DNA of 63,994 nucleotides, filler included, from Porpidia crustulata (taxonomy: Eukaryota), in NCBI GenBank assembly GCA_964255105.1. It is 17 parts of 17 records of this genome, joined end to end, with 100 filler letters (N's around TTAATTAATTAA, not from the genome) between each part and the next. Parts side by side here need not be neighbours in the genome. Positions count along the whole stretch, not along the records: positions 26,563 to 30,243 come from CAXUWE010002258.1; positions 30,344 to 34,023 come from CAXUWE010002259.1; positions 34,124 to 37,796 come from CAXUWE010002260.1; 14 more parts are not named here. One strand, written 5' to 3'. This document shows, one piece after another, positions 26,990 to 37,896 of the stretch (its first letter is position 1; each line of letters begins with the position of its first letter). The notes beneath the pieces were generated by a model, which worked only from the letters and a program-made list of their open reading frames with translations, ran no database searches and was not told the DNA's origin. The translations under genes and the position numbers were made by a program.

Positions 26990-27074
26990 CTTCGTCGCCG
27001 GGAATCGAACCCGGATCTACCCGGTACATACAGGGTTTGAAAGCGGATGATGCTAACCGTTACACCACGACGAA
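26990..27074 (-). tRNA. tRNA-Glu (anticodon TTC) with a 13-nt intron
   Basis: Acceptor stem TTCGTCG/CGACGAA, D-arm with AACGGTT loop, anticodon stem ATCCG/CGGGT, intron 27025-27037 after position 37, T-loop GGTTCGATTCC. Mature length 72 nt. A T5 Pol III terminator follows immediately. Confidence 0.95.
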
Positions 27075-27581
27075 ATTGCTGAACTGAAGGTCCATATCGA
27101 GATTTATAAACCCAAATACTGAGGGAAAGAAAATCTAGAATCTAGCGATAATCCTCCGGATTTCACTCCGAGCCGTCTTGCGCCCTTCGCAGCAATTTTA
27201 TGACACATCCGTTGTGCCGCACCCGGCACCGTAACGTTCAAGACTCTGCTTCATATCTTGTGAAAAATACACTGATATCCTATGGCCGCGCCTTCGACAC
27301 GGGACTTGGGGCTTATTTTGTTGTGATTCCTCGCGGCTATCGAATGACCATGTAGATGCTTGAGGAGTAAGGTAGCTGGATGGTAGGCGAGGGGTAACTC
27401 AAAAAAAGGCCTTGATTCGAGCGCTGATATGTTTTGGTATCTCATTGATTGGAAAACTGAGTAGTTGGGTAGAATATGGGTATGAGGTTTAAGTGATGTT
27501 CTAGGCGGGCCTGCGGTCTACTGCATCCAGGTGGAACGATGAATACTCGACTTAATGATGTTAGAATAGATGCGCTCATCG

Positions 27582-29582
27582 CTAACACAACACGATATCC
27601 TGGACCTTCATCCCCCATTCCATAGCTTCTCCATCCATGATACCGTGCACATAACATTCTCCAATGACTCGCCATCTTACATGTCCCAAAGCTCCTTCGA
27701 CCTTTCTAAGCACCATGGGCATACTGCACCCTAGCAACACGGCGATGGCGTCGCTTTCCTCTACATCCTCGAGCGCCATGCCTACGTATCCTCTTTCCGT
27801 CGTAACAAGTCTCCGACGCACGCCCACTCTATCCTTCTGCATCAGCGCGTCCCTCAGGTGCACGGCGTCAATCTGCGCCGGGTCGGCCTCGTTCCAGAAG
27901 TATTCCTCCATGCACCTTCCTGCGATCTGGAAGCCAGCGTTGTTTTTCAGAGACTCTACGCACCAGAGAAACACGTTGCTGCCTTGAAGGTCCTTGAGCG
28001 GGCTGTGTTTTGGTAGATCGGTCTCGGCCAATGCAGGTGTTGCCAATAGCGAGCCGTAGTCGGCATTCAGTGGCTCGCTAGGAAGCCTGCGGTTTGCGAC
28101 CAGGCTCTTCCAGATGGCATCGCGGACGCCCTCGAAGGTACCGTAGGGATCTGCGGTACCGTTTGTTGGGACTATTGAGTCGGGCGACCAATTCTTAGCC
28201 CACATGACGCCCATGCCGTCAAAATAATCTATGATAAAGCCCTTGCACGAAAGCAGCTGGCCATCGTTTAGAGTTTGGATGGAAGCAATGGATGCGCCGC
28301 TGGTAGCAAAGGCATCCTCGCTGAGATTTAAAGCAGAGGTTTGTTGTTCAATTGTCAAGTCCGGCACCCACAATGGGATGGTGGACTCCGCAGCAAATAC
28401 AGTGTGTCTTATTATATCGAGAGATCCAGTTGCTTCGATTGTGGCGAGCGTGAACGAGCGGTAAACGTTGAGTACGGTGTCTGTGTAGTCCGGCTTAATA
28501 AGACCGGCTAAGGATTCGTTCATAAGACCAAGAAGACCGTATACTTTGTCACGGGGATCCGTGGAAAAGACAAGGCGACTCAAGTTCAGTAAACGATAAA
28601 CGTTTGTTCGTTTACCCTTCAATTGAATGTCTTGAAGGACTTGGATTTCACAGCCCGTGGAGAGATTGGCCCATATTGCAAGGTCGAACGTCATGGAGGC
28701 ATCTGTGAGCTCGTTGGTGATGTATGTGTTGATTACCTCGTCCGTTTTAAAAAGTAGAAAAAACACATGGGCGAATTGATTCCAGGACATTATTCTGTCA
28801 CCGCAAAGCACTGGGGTGGTGCCTCGACCCATAGCAGCTTCTTGAAAGATCCACAGCCTCCTCCAGTACGGACGGCAAATGATCTTGTATAAAGCGCGCC
28901 AACGACCTTTACCAAAGTGCTCAGCGTTTCCGTGGAGGGTATTGGTCAATCTGTTTACCCCATCTACAGAATATTCGCTAGCCAGCATTTCTATGAGATC
29001 CAGTGCTGAATTGCTGTCCTCTTCCTGTTCTCCAAGCCAGAGAAGCGGCGTCCAAGCCTTCGTATAGATTTCATGCATTCTTTTAACTTGACTTGCACGT
29101 TCGATGATGTCCTTTTGATTAATGCATATGACATCGATCCAGAACTTCCATCCATCTTTCACGTATTGCTTGCTTCGAAGTACTCTAAGTAAAGCCTCAG
29201 CGTTCTGCGGGACTGTCAGCGGCTGCCCGTTCACGCAGATTTCGCGAACTTTCGCAGGGCCACCCCAAGTATAGCTGAGCGCCATGAAGTCGCCCCATTT
29301 GTAGCGGAATTCTGGTAGATGGGTCGTTGCGTTGTCACTGGGACGCGCGATCCGCTGCCAGTCATTGAATTCAGCCCCATGGCTAAGTCGCTCCGAGTAG
29401 TTCTCAGCTGCGTTCCCGTCGTTCAAGTATTCCTTGTACGATGGCGTTAAATGTTCGTCATCGAGACAAAATGGCTGTAGATGACATTCCACAGGTGCTG
29501 GATCGGATGAGCCTGGGGTCAGAGGCAAGATCGTGATCAAGCGGAAATCATTTCGACTTGAGTTGAGAGGCTGATACACCAT
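27582..29582 (-). CDS. HET-domain (heterokaryon incompatibility, HET-6-like) protein, intact
   Basis: FMALSYTWGG, FWIDVICINQKDIIERASQVKRMHEIY, YWRRLWIFQE, TDPRDKVYGLLGL and IGECYVHGIMDGE. Single exon, ATG at 29582. Confidence 0.93.
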   Translation of the reverse strand: MVYQPLNSSRNDFRLITILPLTPGSSDPAPVECHLQPFCLDDEHLTPSYKEYLNDGNAAENYSERLSHGAEFNDWQRIARPSDNATTHLPEFRYKWGDFMALSYTWGGPAKVREICVNGQPLTVPQNAEALLRVLRSKQYVKDGWKFWIDVICINQKDIIERASQVKRMHEIYTKAWTPLLWLGEQEEDSNSALDLIEMLASEYSVDGVNRLTNTLHGNAEHFGKGRWRALYKIICRPYWRRLWIFQEAAMGRGTTPVLCGDRIMSWNQFAHVFFLLFKTDEVINTYITNELTDASMTFDLAIWANLSTGCEIQVLQDIQLKGKRTNVYRLLNLSRLVFSTDPRDKVYGLLGLMNESLAGLIKPDYTDTVLNVYRSFTLATIEATGSLDIIRHTVFAAESTIPLWVPDLTIEQQTSALNLSEDAFATSGASIASIQTLNDGQLLSCKGFIIDYFDGMGVMWAKNWSPDSIVPTNGTADPYGTFEGVRDAIWKSLVANRRLPSEPLNADYGSLLATPALAETDLPKHSPLKDLQGSNVFLWCVESLKNNAGFQIAGRCMEEYFWNEADPAQIDAVHLRDALMQKDRVGVRRRLVTTERGYVGMALEDVEESDAIAVLLGCSMPMVLRKVEGALGHVRWRVIGECYVHGIMDGEAMEWGMKVQDIVLC

Positions 29583-30692
29583 GGTATTAGCAACAAACTT
29601 CAAAGTGCCAGTATTGGCTTGAAAACACGAAATGTAGAAAAACCGAAATTTTGCTGTTGACTCGAAATTCTTAAAGCCCGATTACTGAAAGCAAAGACTG
29701 AGGACAGACATAAGGAATTACAATGGATTGCTACACATTCATAGGTATCGTCTTTTCAGCTGACTATAGAATGTCGTCTAACCTTGTGGCGCTCAAACAT
29801 TTCATTTCCACCAATGACAGATGAAGCATTCATCTCGTAGCTCACCGGCAGGAAGGAAAAGGGTAGATGAAGCAATCATGAGGAAAGTAGAATTCATGGT
29901 ATATATTATGTTTCCTCGAATATTACTGCTCTCTGCCCAGCCTACCACAAACTGTATGAGCGACGAGCAAATGTGTCACTGCGCCACAAACCATAGACTT
30001 ACTACGGTACTCGGGGTATCAATTATTAGTACATGACTTTAGGCTATACCTAATTTGACATCGTTATGGGCAGTATATCTACCCTTAAATCTAGTATGTT
30101 TTCCTTCTGAATCAATGACGGCCTGATAACGAGCATGGATAGTTTAGGTGCTTGGGCAGATAATTGAGTAATTGATCGAAAAGGTGAAAATGTGAGGGGT
30201 CGTAGTGAACTATATCAATTGACTAGACTAAGCCTATAATACANNNNNNNNNNNNNNNNNNNNNNNNNNNNNNNNNNNNNNNNNNNNTTAATTAATTAAN
30301 NNNNNNNNNNNNNNNNNNNNNNNNNNNNNNNNNNNNNNNNNNNGGGGAGGGGGGAAGGATGGGATAGGATAAGAGCTGGGCTGCTAGTTTTATAGGGTTG
30401 GAGAGATTTCGGTCCTACGTATCCAGTCCAAATTACTCTTGATGGGCTTTCGTTTGATACGTCGTGTAAATTACGTAGGATAGCTAAGTGTCAGAGTAAT
30501 TGCTCCCTCCGAGGAGTCAACTCCAATATAAAGATTCATACGAAATCGACAAGATCCGCAGTTTCGAATCTTAAATGATCTTTGAACCGTTTACTGTTAC
30601 TTCATGATTATTGACATATACAGCGTTATCGTCAGACACCGTTTCAAATAACAACCCTATTCACCGTCGAACATAGCCAAGAAAAAGCAACC

Positions 30693-33439
30693 CTAGCCCA
30701 AAGTCGTAGTAATGAAATTCAGATCCCCAGTGTTAATGTCCGGCGGGAACAATTTATCCCATTCATGCTGTCCTCAAGGGTCAGCATTCTACCATTCCGC
30801 CAGATGGAACTGCAGGAAATTCCCGAATCGAAACAAACATACCCAATCAATATCCACGACCTTATCCTCCGCCATCGGTGCCACATGCGCGACCTGCACC
30901 GGCCCTTGCGGCTTGGAAACACTGATATCCACCGCCTGCTTCGGGACCCCCGGCGCCACGAAGAAGGTCTGAACCCCGAGCGACGACTGCATGAGCCCCG
31001 ACGGGGCCGCTTGCATCTTGCCGACCTTGGCCGGCTGGCTCGGGCTCGGACTCAGGCTCGGGCTCATCATCGCCATACCCTTGGGCGCACGCACCTGTCT
31101 CGCGTCGAGGTAGATGCCCATTTTGTTCCGCACCTCGGTGACGATCCAGCGCGCCTTGTCCGTCTGCGACATGGCCGGGTTCGGGGTTTCGAAGACGTAG
31201 TCGAGGCAGGCCCAGATGCGGGGGGCTTCACGGCGATGGGGGAAGGTGAAGACTTCCATGAGGAGGAGCAGGGCGAAGTGGTATTGGTTCAGGGCACTCG
31301 CGTACCAGGCGTAGGCGGACAGGGCCGGGGAGGTTTCGAGCTCGATGGCGGATTCGGTGGTGGAGATGCCCGAGGTGATGATGATTTGGCGAAGGCGGTC
31401 GGGGATGGCGTGGATGTTGCTGTTGTGGTAGCGGTGGAGGACCATGGCGTGCATGCGCAGGCTGAGGATCTCGAGGACGAGACGAGCGCAGTGTTGGACA
31501 GGGACAGCGTCATCGATCAATGAGGCGTATTTTTCCTTGATTGTTCGTCGGAAGTTCTCAACTTTGCCGAGTAGAGCGGTCAAATTGATCTTTTTCTTCT
31601 CGAGGCGAGGGCGGTCGATCCAAATAACGCGGTGCATCTCGTTGCATTCGAAGCGTATCAAGGAAAGAGTCATATCTGTCCATGTTCTGGCTGACTCTGT
31701 TGGAGGATCTAGACGCTCCAGATCCACATCGTCAACATTAAGGGGAAACTGAGTGTCAAAGTCTTCGGCACGGATTCCTGGTCTAGGACCTTGGGCTTCG
31801 CACGTTCGAATGTCCAGGAAACAGATTTGGTACCAGATCAAACGCCTCACGTGGGTCTCGACCGGTCCCATTCCATATTCTGTGCCATCACGATGAAGGC
31901 CCATACATTCTGCGATTCGAATGGCGGTGCCGACAAGAGCTGAATGTGAACGCGACACTTCACCGCGGCAAAGGGGTATCTATGTTATATTAGGATGGCT
32001 AGACTAATTCAAAATCGAAGGTGTCATAGACGATAGATTGACTTGAAATGTAAAATTGACATGGCTGTGATGAGAAGAATGGCAAGTAAAAACATGTACA
32101 AGTGAAGGAGGCCACCTCGGCGGGTGAGCTTTAAGGGTGACTTGAAGATTCCTGGGGCTATACAAAATTGACCCACCATATACATGACAAAGGCCTGCAA
32201 AGTCTCAATCTTGGTTGTACGGATGATGTTAGCACGTCCAAGAGCGGTCTCTGTGCCCATCTGGAAGTTATCTACAAGATCTTTCTGCGATACTCCAAAT
32301 TCCAGCAAGATTACCTCCTCGGGCATGCTGACCACTGCCGAGAACATGGTAGCAAAGATCAGAGCTTGAAGAGAGCTAACTGGCTCGATGCCCATTTGTA
32401 CGTCATTCCAGAAAATGGAATATCTTCTGTCAAACGAAGGTCTATGCACCAATCGACATATTGGATGAACACAGTTCCAGTACTGCTTCAGAAGTCTATC
32501 TGCAACTGCCCTCGAAGGGAGAAAGTCGATCAAGGAAGCAGAAGCATTGCCGCCGGAGAAAAAGAAACTCGAAGATGGTGCTATATAGGTAGGTCCAGGG
32601 CAAAGGAATGAGCGATCTAAACCTTGATTTGTAGGCATCGAAAGTTCGGGATGTTCCGGAGACGCCTCCTTCTCAGGGGGTGATCGATGATCATTTCTCT
32701 CGTCATTCAGTGTCAATGTGAGCTATTTCTTCATGGTCAGTGGTACAGGTGTATGATTGGCAAAACGACAAAGCCAAATGAAACTTCCTACCTCTTCGGC
32801 CATTTTTGGACGAAAAAAGCCCCCGATCCTATCCGTAAGCCTAAGCTTGCCCATCTGAAAGCCCAAATCTGCAAGATCATCATCAGCATCATCACCATAC
32901 GCTGCATCACTTAGGGCCATAGGCGTAGGTTCGAGGTCTTTCTCATCTTCTGGCTCTGGCGCAAAGTCTACATCATCTTCAGCTTCTCGTGAAGAGACAA
33001 GTACCTCTCTTCTAGGTCCATTTCTACTTCCTTTCTTGGCAACATCTTGTTCAAGGACTTTCTCCAAAGAACCCATCTTCTCTTTGATCTCGGTCAGCTT
33101 CAATTGAGCCGCTGAATCTAGGGCTGGTGCCAAGAAGAGACAGTCACGCGAGTTCTTCGTGCAGTTAGCACATGGATGTTGCTTGTCACATTTCAGCTTT
33201 CTTCTTCGACATTCCAGACAGGATGTAATCATTCGATTCCTGCGACGTATTCGAGGTGCATGCCCGGGGGCAGGCGCGGCAACCATCCCATTTGACCCGT
33301 TTAATCCAACTATTCCACTCGAATCACTTGGTCCATGATGTTCGTTCAAGCCGCGCTGACTCTCGCGCAACATGGAACTCTCAGAGATAGCCGCATCTAG
33401 TCTGAATAGAGGTCTGCCCGCAAAGCCAGTAGGCTGCAT
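30693..33439 (-). CDS. Zn(II)2Cys6 transcription factor with a fungal-specific middle homology region
   Basis: SCLECRRRKLKCDKQHPCANCTKNSRDC; GLHRDG...RRLIWYQICFLD; C-terminal DIDW|..WDKLFPP exon ending in TAG at 30693. Three GT-AG introns. Start codon uncertain. Confidence 0.93.
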
Positions 33440-33848
33440 CGTCCTGGATCAAGCCTATCCGAGGTCTCGTCTTACGGCCGTTGGCCTAATTTGGACTCCC
33501 TAGGCTGAGCTAGATTCAGCATTACGGAAGAACTCTACATAGAATACTTGACTACTCACCAACTTGTGCATACAGATCCGACTCGATGATACTAAGTCGG
33601 TGACCTGCACGCCCGAACATGTAAAGAGGATTGGATGTTGCTGGAACTCTCTTGTTGATCTAGCTTACGTAGATTCCCCCCGAAAGATACACTAAGCATT
33701 CCTTCGACGCCAGTCCCGCGCCCACCCCGCTCCACGTCCGCTGTCGAAAGGCAAAGCCACGACCTCCGTCTTCGCTGACGGCTGTCGTCTTACATTTGGC
33801 AATTCGTCTATATAGGCATATATTACATTGACAGTAAGGAATCAAATA

Positions 33849-34023
33849 ATGGCCCCAGCAACGGAAATAGCAGTCCTCCGTCTCGCCGCAGACGCTCAAA
33901 TCGAAGACCCCTCTTCCCCTGCCGGCGCTACCTGGAAATCCATTTGGGACACCATCCTCGCCCAGAAAGGCGCTCAGCGCATCTACTGGGGCCGTCAAGT
34001 CGAGAACCCTTCCACCCTTGATC
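33849..34023 (+). CDS. ABM-like dimeric alpha-beta barrel protein, N-terminal fragment
   Basis: MAPATEIAVL...ILAQKGAQRIYWGRQVENP is typical of this fungal family. Truncated by the linker. Confidence 0.65.
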
Positions 34024-34286
34024 NNNNNNNNNNNNNNNNNNNNNNNNNNNNNNNNNNNNNNNNNNNNTTAATTAATTAANNNNNNNNNNNNNNNNNNNNN
34101 NNNNNNNNNNNNNNNNNNNNNNNTCCTAGCCCCTCATACTTCCCCTACCCCTCTGTTTTGCTGCTTACTCATGCTCCATCTCTTGTGCTTCCACCCGCGC
34201 TAAAACAGGTTCAAATTGGGAAGCAATTTGATAAGTAAAAGGCTTATAACCTTAAGACTAAGCCTTATTTGGGTAGCACTAAGCCC

Positions 34287-34460
34287 TATTCGGGGGTATG
34301 CAAAATGGGGTGTAAATCTCTATAACGGTAAGTTCAAGGCTTAGCGTGATCACTTAAGGGATTCGTTCATTTGAGGGGTATATATGAGTAATATGACATC
34401 GGGCCAAGGTATCTCCATATCTTCGTGCAAAAGTTTCAGCTGATTCAGTATTCAGATGTA
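34287..34460. mobile_element. Possible DNA-transposon terminal remnant
   Basis: TA followed by TTCGGGGGTATGCAAAATGGGG, plus GCAAAAGTTTCAGCTGAT, resembles Tc1/mariner or MITE terminal sequence. TpA-rich flank. No transposase seen. Confidence 0.3.
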
Positions 34461-35452
34461 ATCCTCCATCAATTCGCCACCCACAAAGGAGAAGGTGTCA
34501 TAACAGGTGCTGTTCAGAGCAGTGCATCCGGTGACGAAGACGAGAAATAGTTTATAGCGATTGGTTTTGTACGTGGCGTTAACGAGAAGGACCTCCGATT
34601 TGTGCTTTAGGATATTCTTGTACGAAGCTCTGCAGAAAAAAGATGTGTGGGCAATCCAGCATGATTAATCTTGTACTTCATCAACCGATCATCGCCGTTG
34701 AGTTACTTCATCAGCGCTTGAGTAGGTCCCAAAGGACCTAGAGCCCCACGCCTGATATGTGCCCTAGCATTGTAAATGTCCTGACGAAGCAGCAAAGGAA
34801 ACTCTTCATCGGAATCAAGTCAAAGATGAGATAGTATTTCGTCGGGCGTGATCTGAATTCATGACTAATTTCGTGTACAATCGATGATCTCCTTCGATAA
34901 ATCTGCTTTGCGATGAGCAGGATGCGACGCAGGTAGTGTGGGAACATGATTGTGAGTTCCGTTTTCAACAGTCATGATCCAGCCTTTCATGCCTTCAAAG
35001 CACTACTGTAGCACAAGAAAGGGACACTCAATATGTCTGCTGGCGGTGTTGCGGATTCCATGTCCTTCTGATTTCGCTGATTTCCTACCTCGATCACATA
35101 TAATCCATGCCTTCCTAACTATGCACTTCTTCGAGGTCTTCGTACGTTGCTGCACGACGGCATATCCTTGGAGTCTTGCGTACTTGGTAATTTATATCAA
35201 CAGCAGATGAGACTGCCCGCACAGATTGGGCTATGATAAATCGTCCGCCATGCTGAAAGAGGAAACTTTGTCAGCAATGTTCAGCCTCGTCTTCAAGAAA
35301 GCCGTTATCGGACCATTGACGGGCCTGACAGATTTTCACTGCAGCCTCGTCTGATGAAATACGTCCTGGTTATGATATTCGATCACAGCCTCTGCTAGCC
35401 TTCAGCTGCACCACAATACGCAAGAGGAACCCCCAAAATCCTTTTGCACAAT

Positions 35453-37155
35453 ATGAATCCTACAGCTCAAGACACATCCTCAACTTTACCATCTCGAGAT
35501 CGAACCAAGATCCAGCAGGACGAGCGAAGGAGAGCAGCGCAGCAGTCGAGGCTTTTAGCTCGAGAAAGCCAGACGGCACGCCATGTGGAGGACCCGAAGT
35601 CTCCAACACCCGGTGAAGGTAAAGAGGCGGCTTCGGCAACAAAGGCGTCCAGCCCTCGCGGTAGGAGACCCAACCGACCTGCTAAAGCGGAAATGCTACT
35701 GGAGCCAGGGCAACATCGGTACCTACTTCACGATTCCAACAAACTTCTCCTACGAGGGATAGGAGCTTGACGACGACATCCGGTGGAGCCGTTACAGTCT
35801 CGTCAAACTCCATACTAACCTCAAGCCCAGTACGACCAAATACCACGACCCATCCGCAAGAACATCCAATAATAACACGCTCTACCATCTCGAGAAATTC
35901 TGCGCGCGGTAACGCGACTCTGACGAACAACATTTTTCACAACGTTCCAGAAAGAAACAGCAACCGCAGGTGCATCCAAGACCTGAAGATCACTAATCCC
36001 CACTGGGATAGGACGGATATCGAAGACCGCTATGGCAATGTTCTTGAGAAACACCTTCAGAAGGTCTGCAACCACCCAAGTTATAAGCGCTGGAAAAATG
36101 ACGATGAGACTCGGCTGTTGTGGATATATTCCCATAACCGACAGACGATTGACTATAAAACAATGGACTTTGAGACAGGGGACCAGAAGAGGATCGTTGC
36201 GGTGGCTGTTGCGAAGGAGCTGGAATAGTCACTGGTGCTCGGCGCCTACGCCTTGTCGTACGTGTTTTATCGAAATAGCAAAAACCAGGAACTGAAGCTG
36301 AGTGACACTGCGGCTATCCTCCGATGCTTGATGTGGCCGCTCAGTGTCGCACAAGATAGCTTGGTTGTATATCTGGAAGAAACGTACAATCGAGAAGGCA
36401 TGTCAATGTATAAGGACCAACATGCGAAGCATACTCTTTCAAACATATTATTGAGGTGGTTAGAGGACACTCATGTTGATAAAGTCTATCTGGTGGTCGG
36501 TGCCATCGACGAATGTTACATGGAACGAAGGAAAGATATCCTGCACATCCTGGACTTTATCGCTAAGTGCTGCAAAAAATTGGCCAAGGTGAAATGGCTC
36601 ATCACGAGCGATTGTGATGATATCTACATCAACTACATCAAGGCCAAGCTGGACAATCCCGACCGCTCGTTCAAGACAATCCACCTAAATGAGAGAAGAA
36701 GACCGGGAAGTAAACCGAGAATGAGAGCGGAGAAGAGACAGAGACACAAGAAGAAGGCTCCAGGTAAAGGCACTAAAGGAATGAATCAGGAGATTGAGCG
36801 TGGGGGAGACGAGGGCGGTCAGTTGAGGGAGGGGTACTTGGACAAAGGAAAGGGGGGAGCGAGTGATACCATAACAGAGGAATACATCGCTACATTTTTC
36901 AAAGAAGTAGCAGGCGAAGACGGATACGAAAAGCCAAAAGTATCGGGTGGGAAAAAGGGGGCAGGCGCAGCGAGAGAACAAGGACTTAACATCCCAGATG
37001 AGAGTAGACAATTACTGACACAGCGGACACCATCATCACCATCAAAGTCGAAAGAAAGCACACCTGTTCCGCAGCAGCGTAGTATGTCGGAACCAAGCAG
37101 TTCGAATGTTCAAGATGGATCAGCTAAAAGGGGGTGTCTTTGCGTAGTTCAGTAA
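35453..37155 (+). pseudogene. Degenerate HET-E/NWD-type NACHT protein with an in-frame TAG (36226-36228), no P-loop, and a C-terminal CaaX
   Basis: CIQDLKITNP..DRTDIE, RW...RLLWI, LSYVFY, AILRCLMW, YLVVGAIDEC and KVKWLITS are collinear with HET-E-like NACHT domains. A putative 44-nt intron (35719-35762) joins the upstream ORF in frame. The ORFs on either side of the TAG share a frame. Confidence 0.75.
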
Positions 37156-37896
37156 TGCAGGCAGACCTAGTCAGGCGAATCTCAACATATATCGTTCTTC
37201 GGTATTGAACTTGATATCGTCGACTCTTCGGAGCCCCCCCAAGCTTCGTAGCAAGCCATGAATATCTGCTCTGACCCCCGCCGGTCTCGCCTTTAGAGGG
37301 GAGATCCCAACATCCCCCAACCCACTTCCACCCATACCTGCCCAACACCGCTCCATGCGTGAGCAAATCACAGTAACAACGCAACCCAATTATCGCCCGC
37401 CGTATGGAGGCCTTTGCCGCATGTTCGCTTTATGTTTTTCGTCAAGGGTTTCCGATCGCCCGCATAAGCCACTTGGTCCTTCGGGCAGCCACGCACACCG
37501 ATGACCGGGGGGGCTGTAGATGAAGTCGCTTCCTACGCGCGAAATGCCAGTTGAACATGTCAGTTCGAAATTCCAACGAGCGTGGTTACTCGTCAATGCA
37601 ATTCCTGAGCGGTCACCTCATGAACCCCTCCAGGGGCATCGGCAAATTTTGCGCAGCAGGCGTCGGGGGAGTGAACTACCATCTGTTTCGTGCCATTGGA
37701 GGGAGGGGGAACCATCGGATTAGATAGACACACCGCTTCCGCGGATTTCGTTGAGACCGTCCAATGGCGATTTCGGACTTACTCTCAATATGCAGGNNNN
37801 NNNNNNNNNNNNNNNNNNNNNNNNNNNNNNNNNNNNNNNNTTAATTAATTAANNNNNNNNNNNNNNNNNNNNNNNNNNNNNNNNNNNNNNNNNNNN

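Noticed and set aside
30765..31523. 252-aa plus-strand ORF
   Set aside because: Antisense shadow of the GC-rich Zn2Cys6 TF exon; no motifs.
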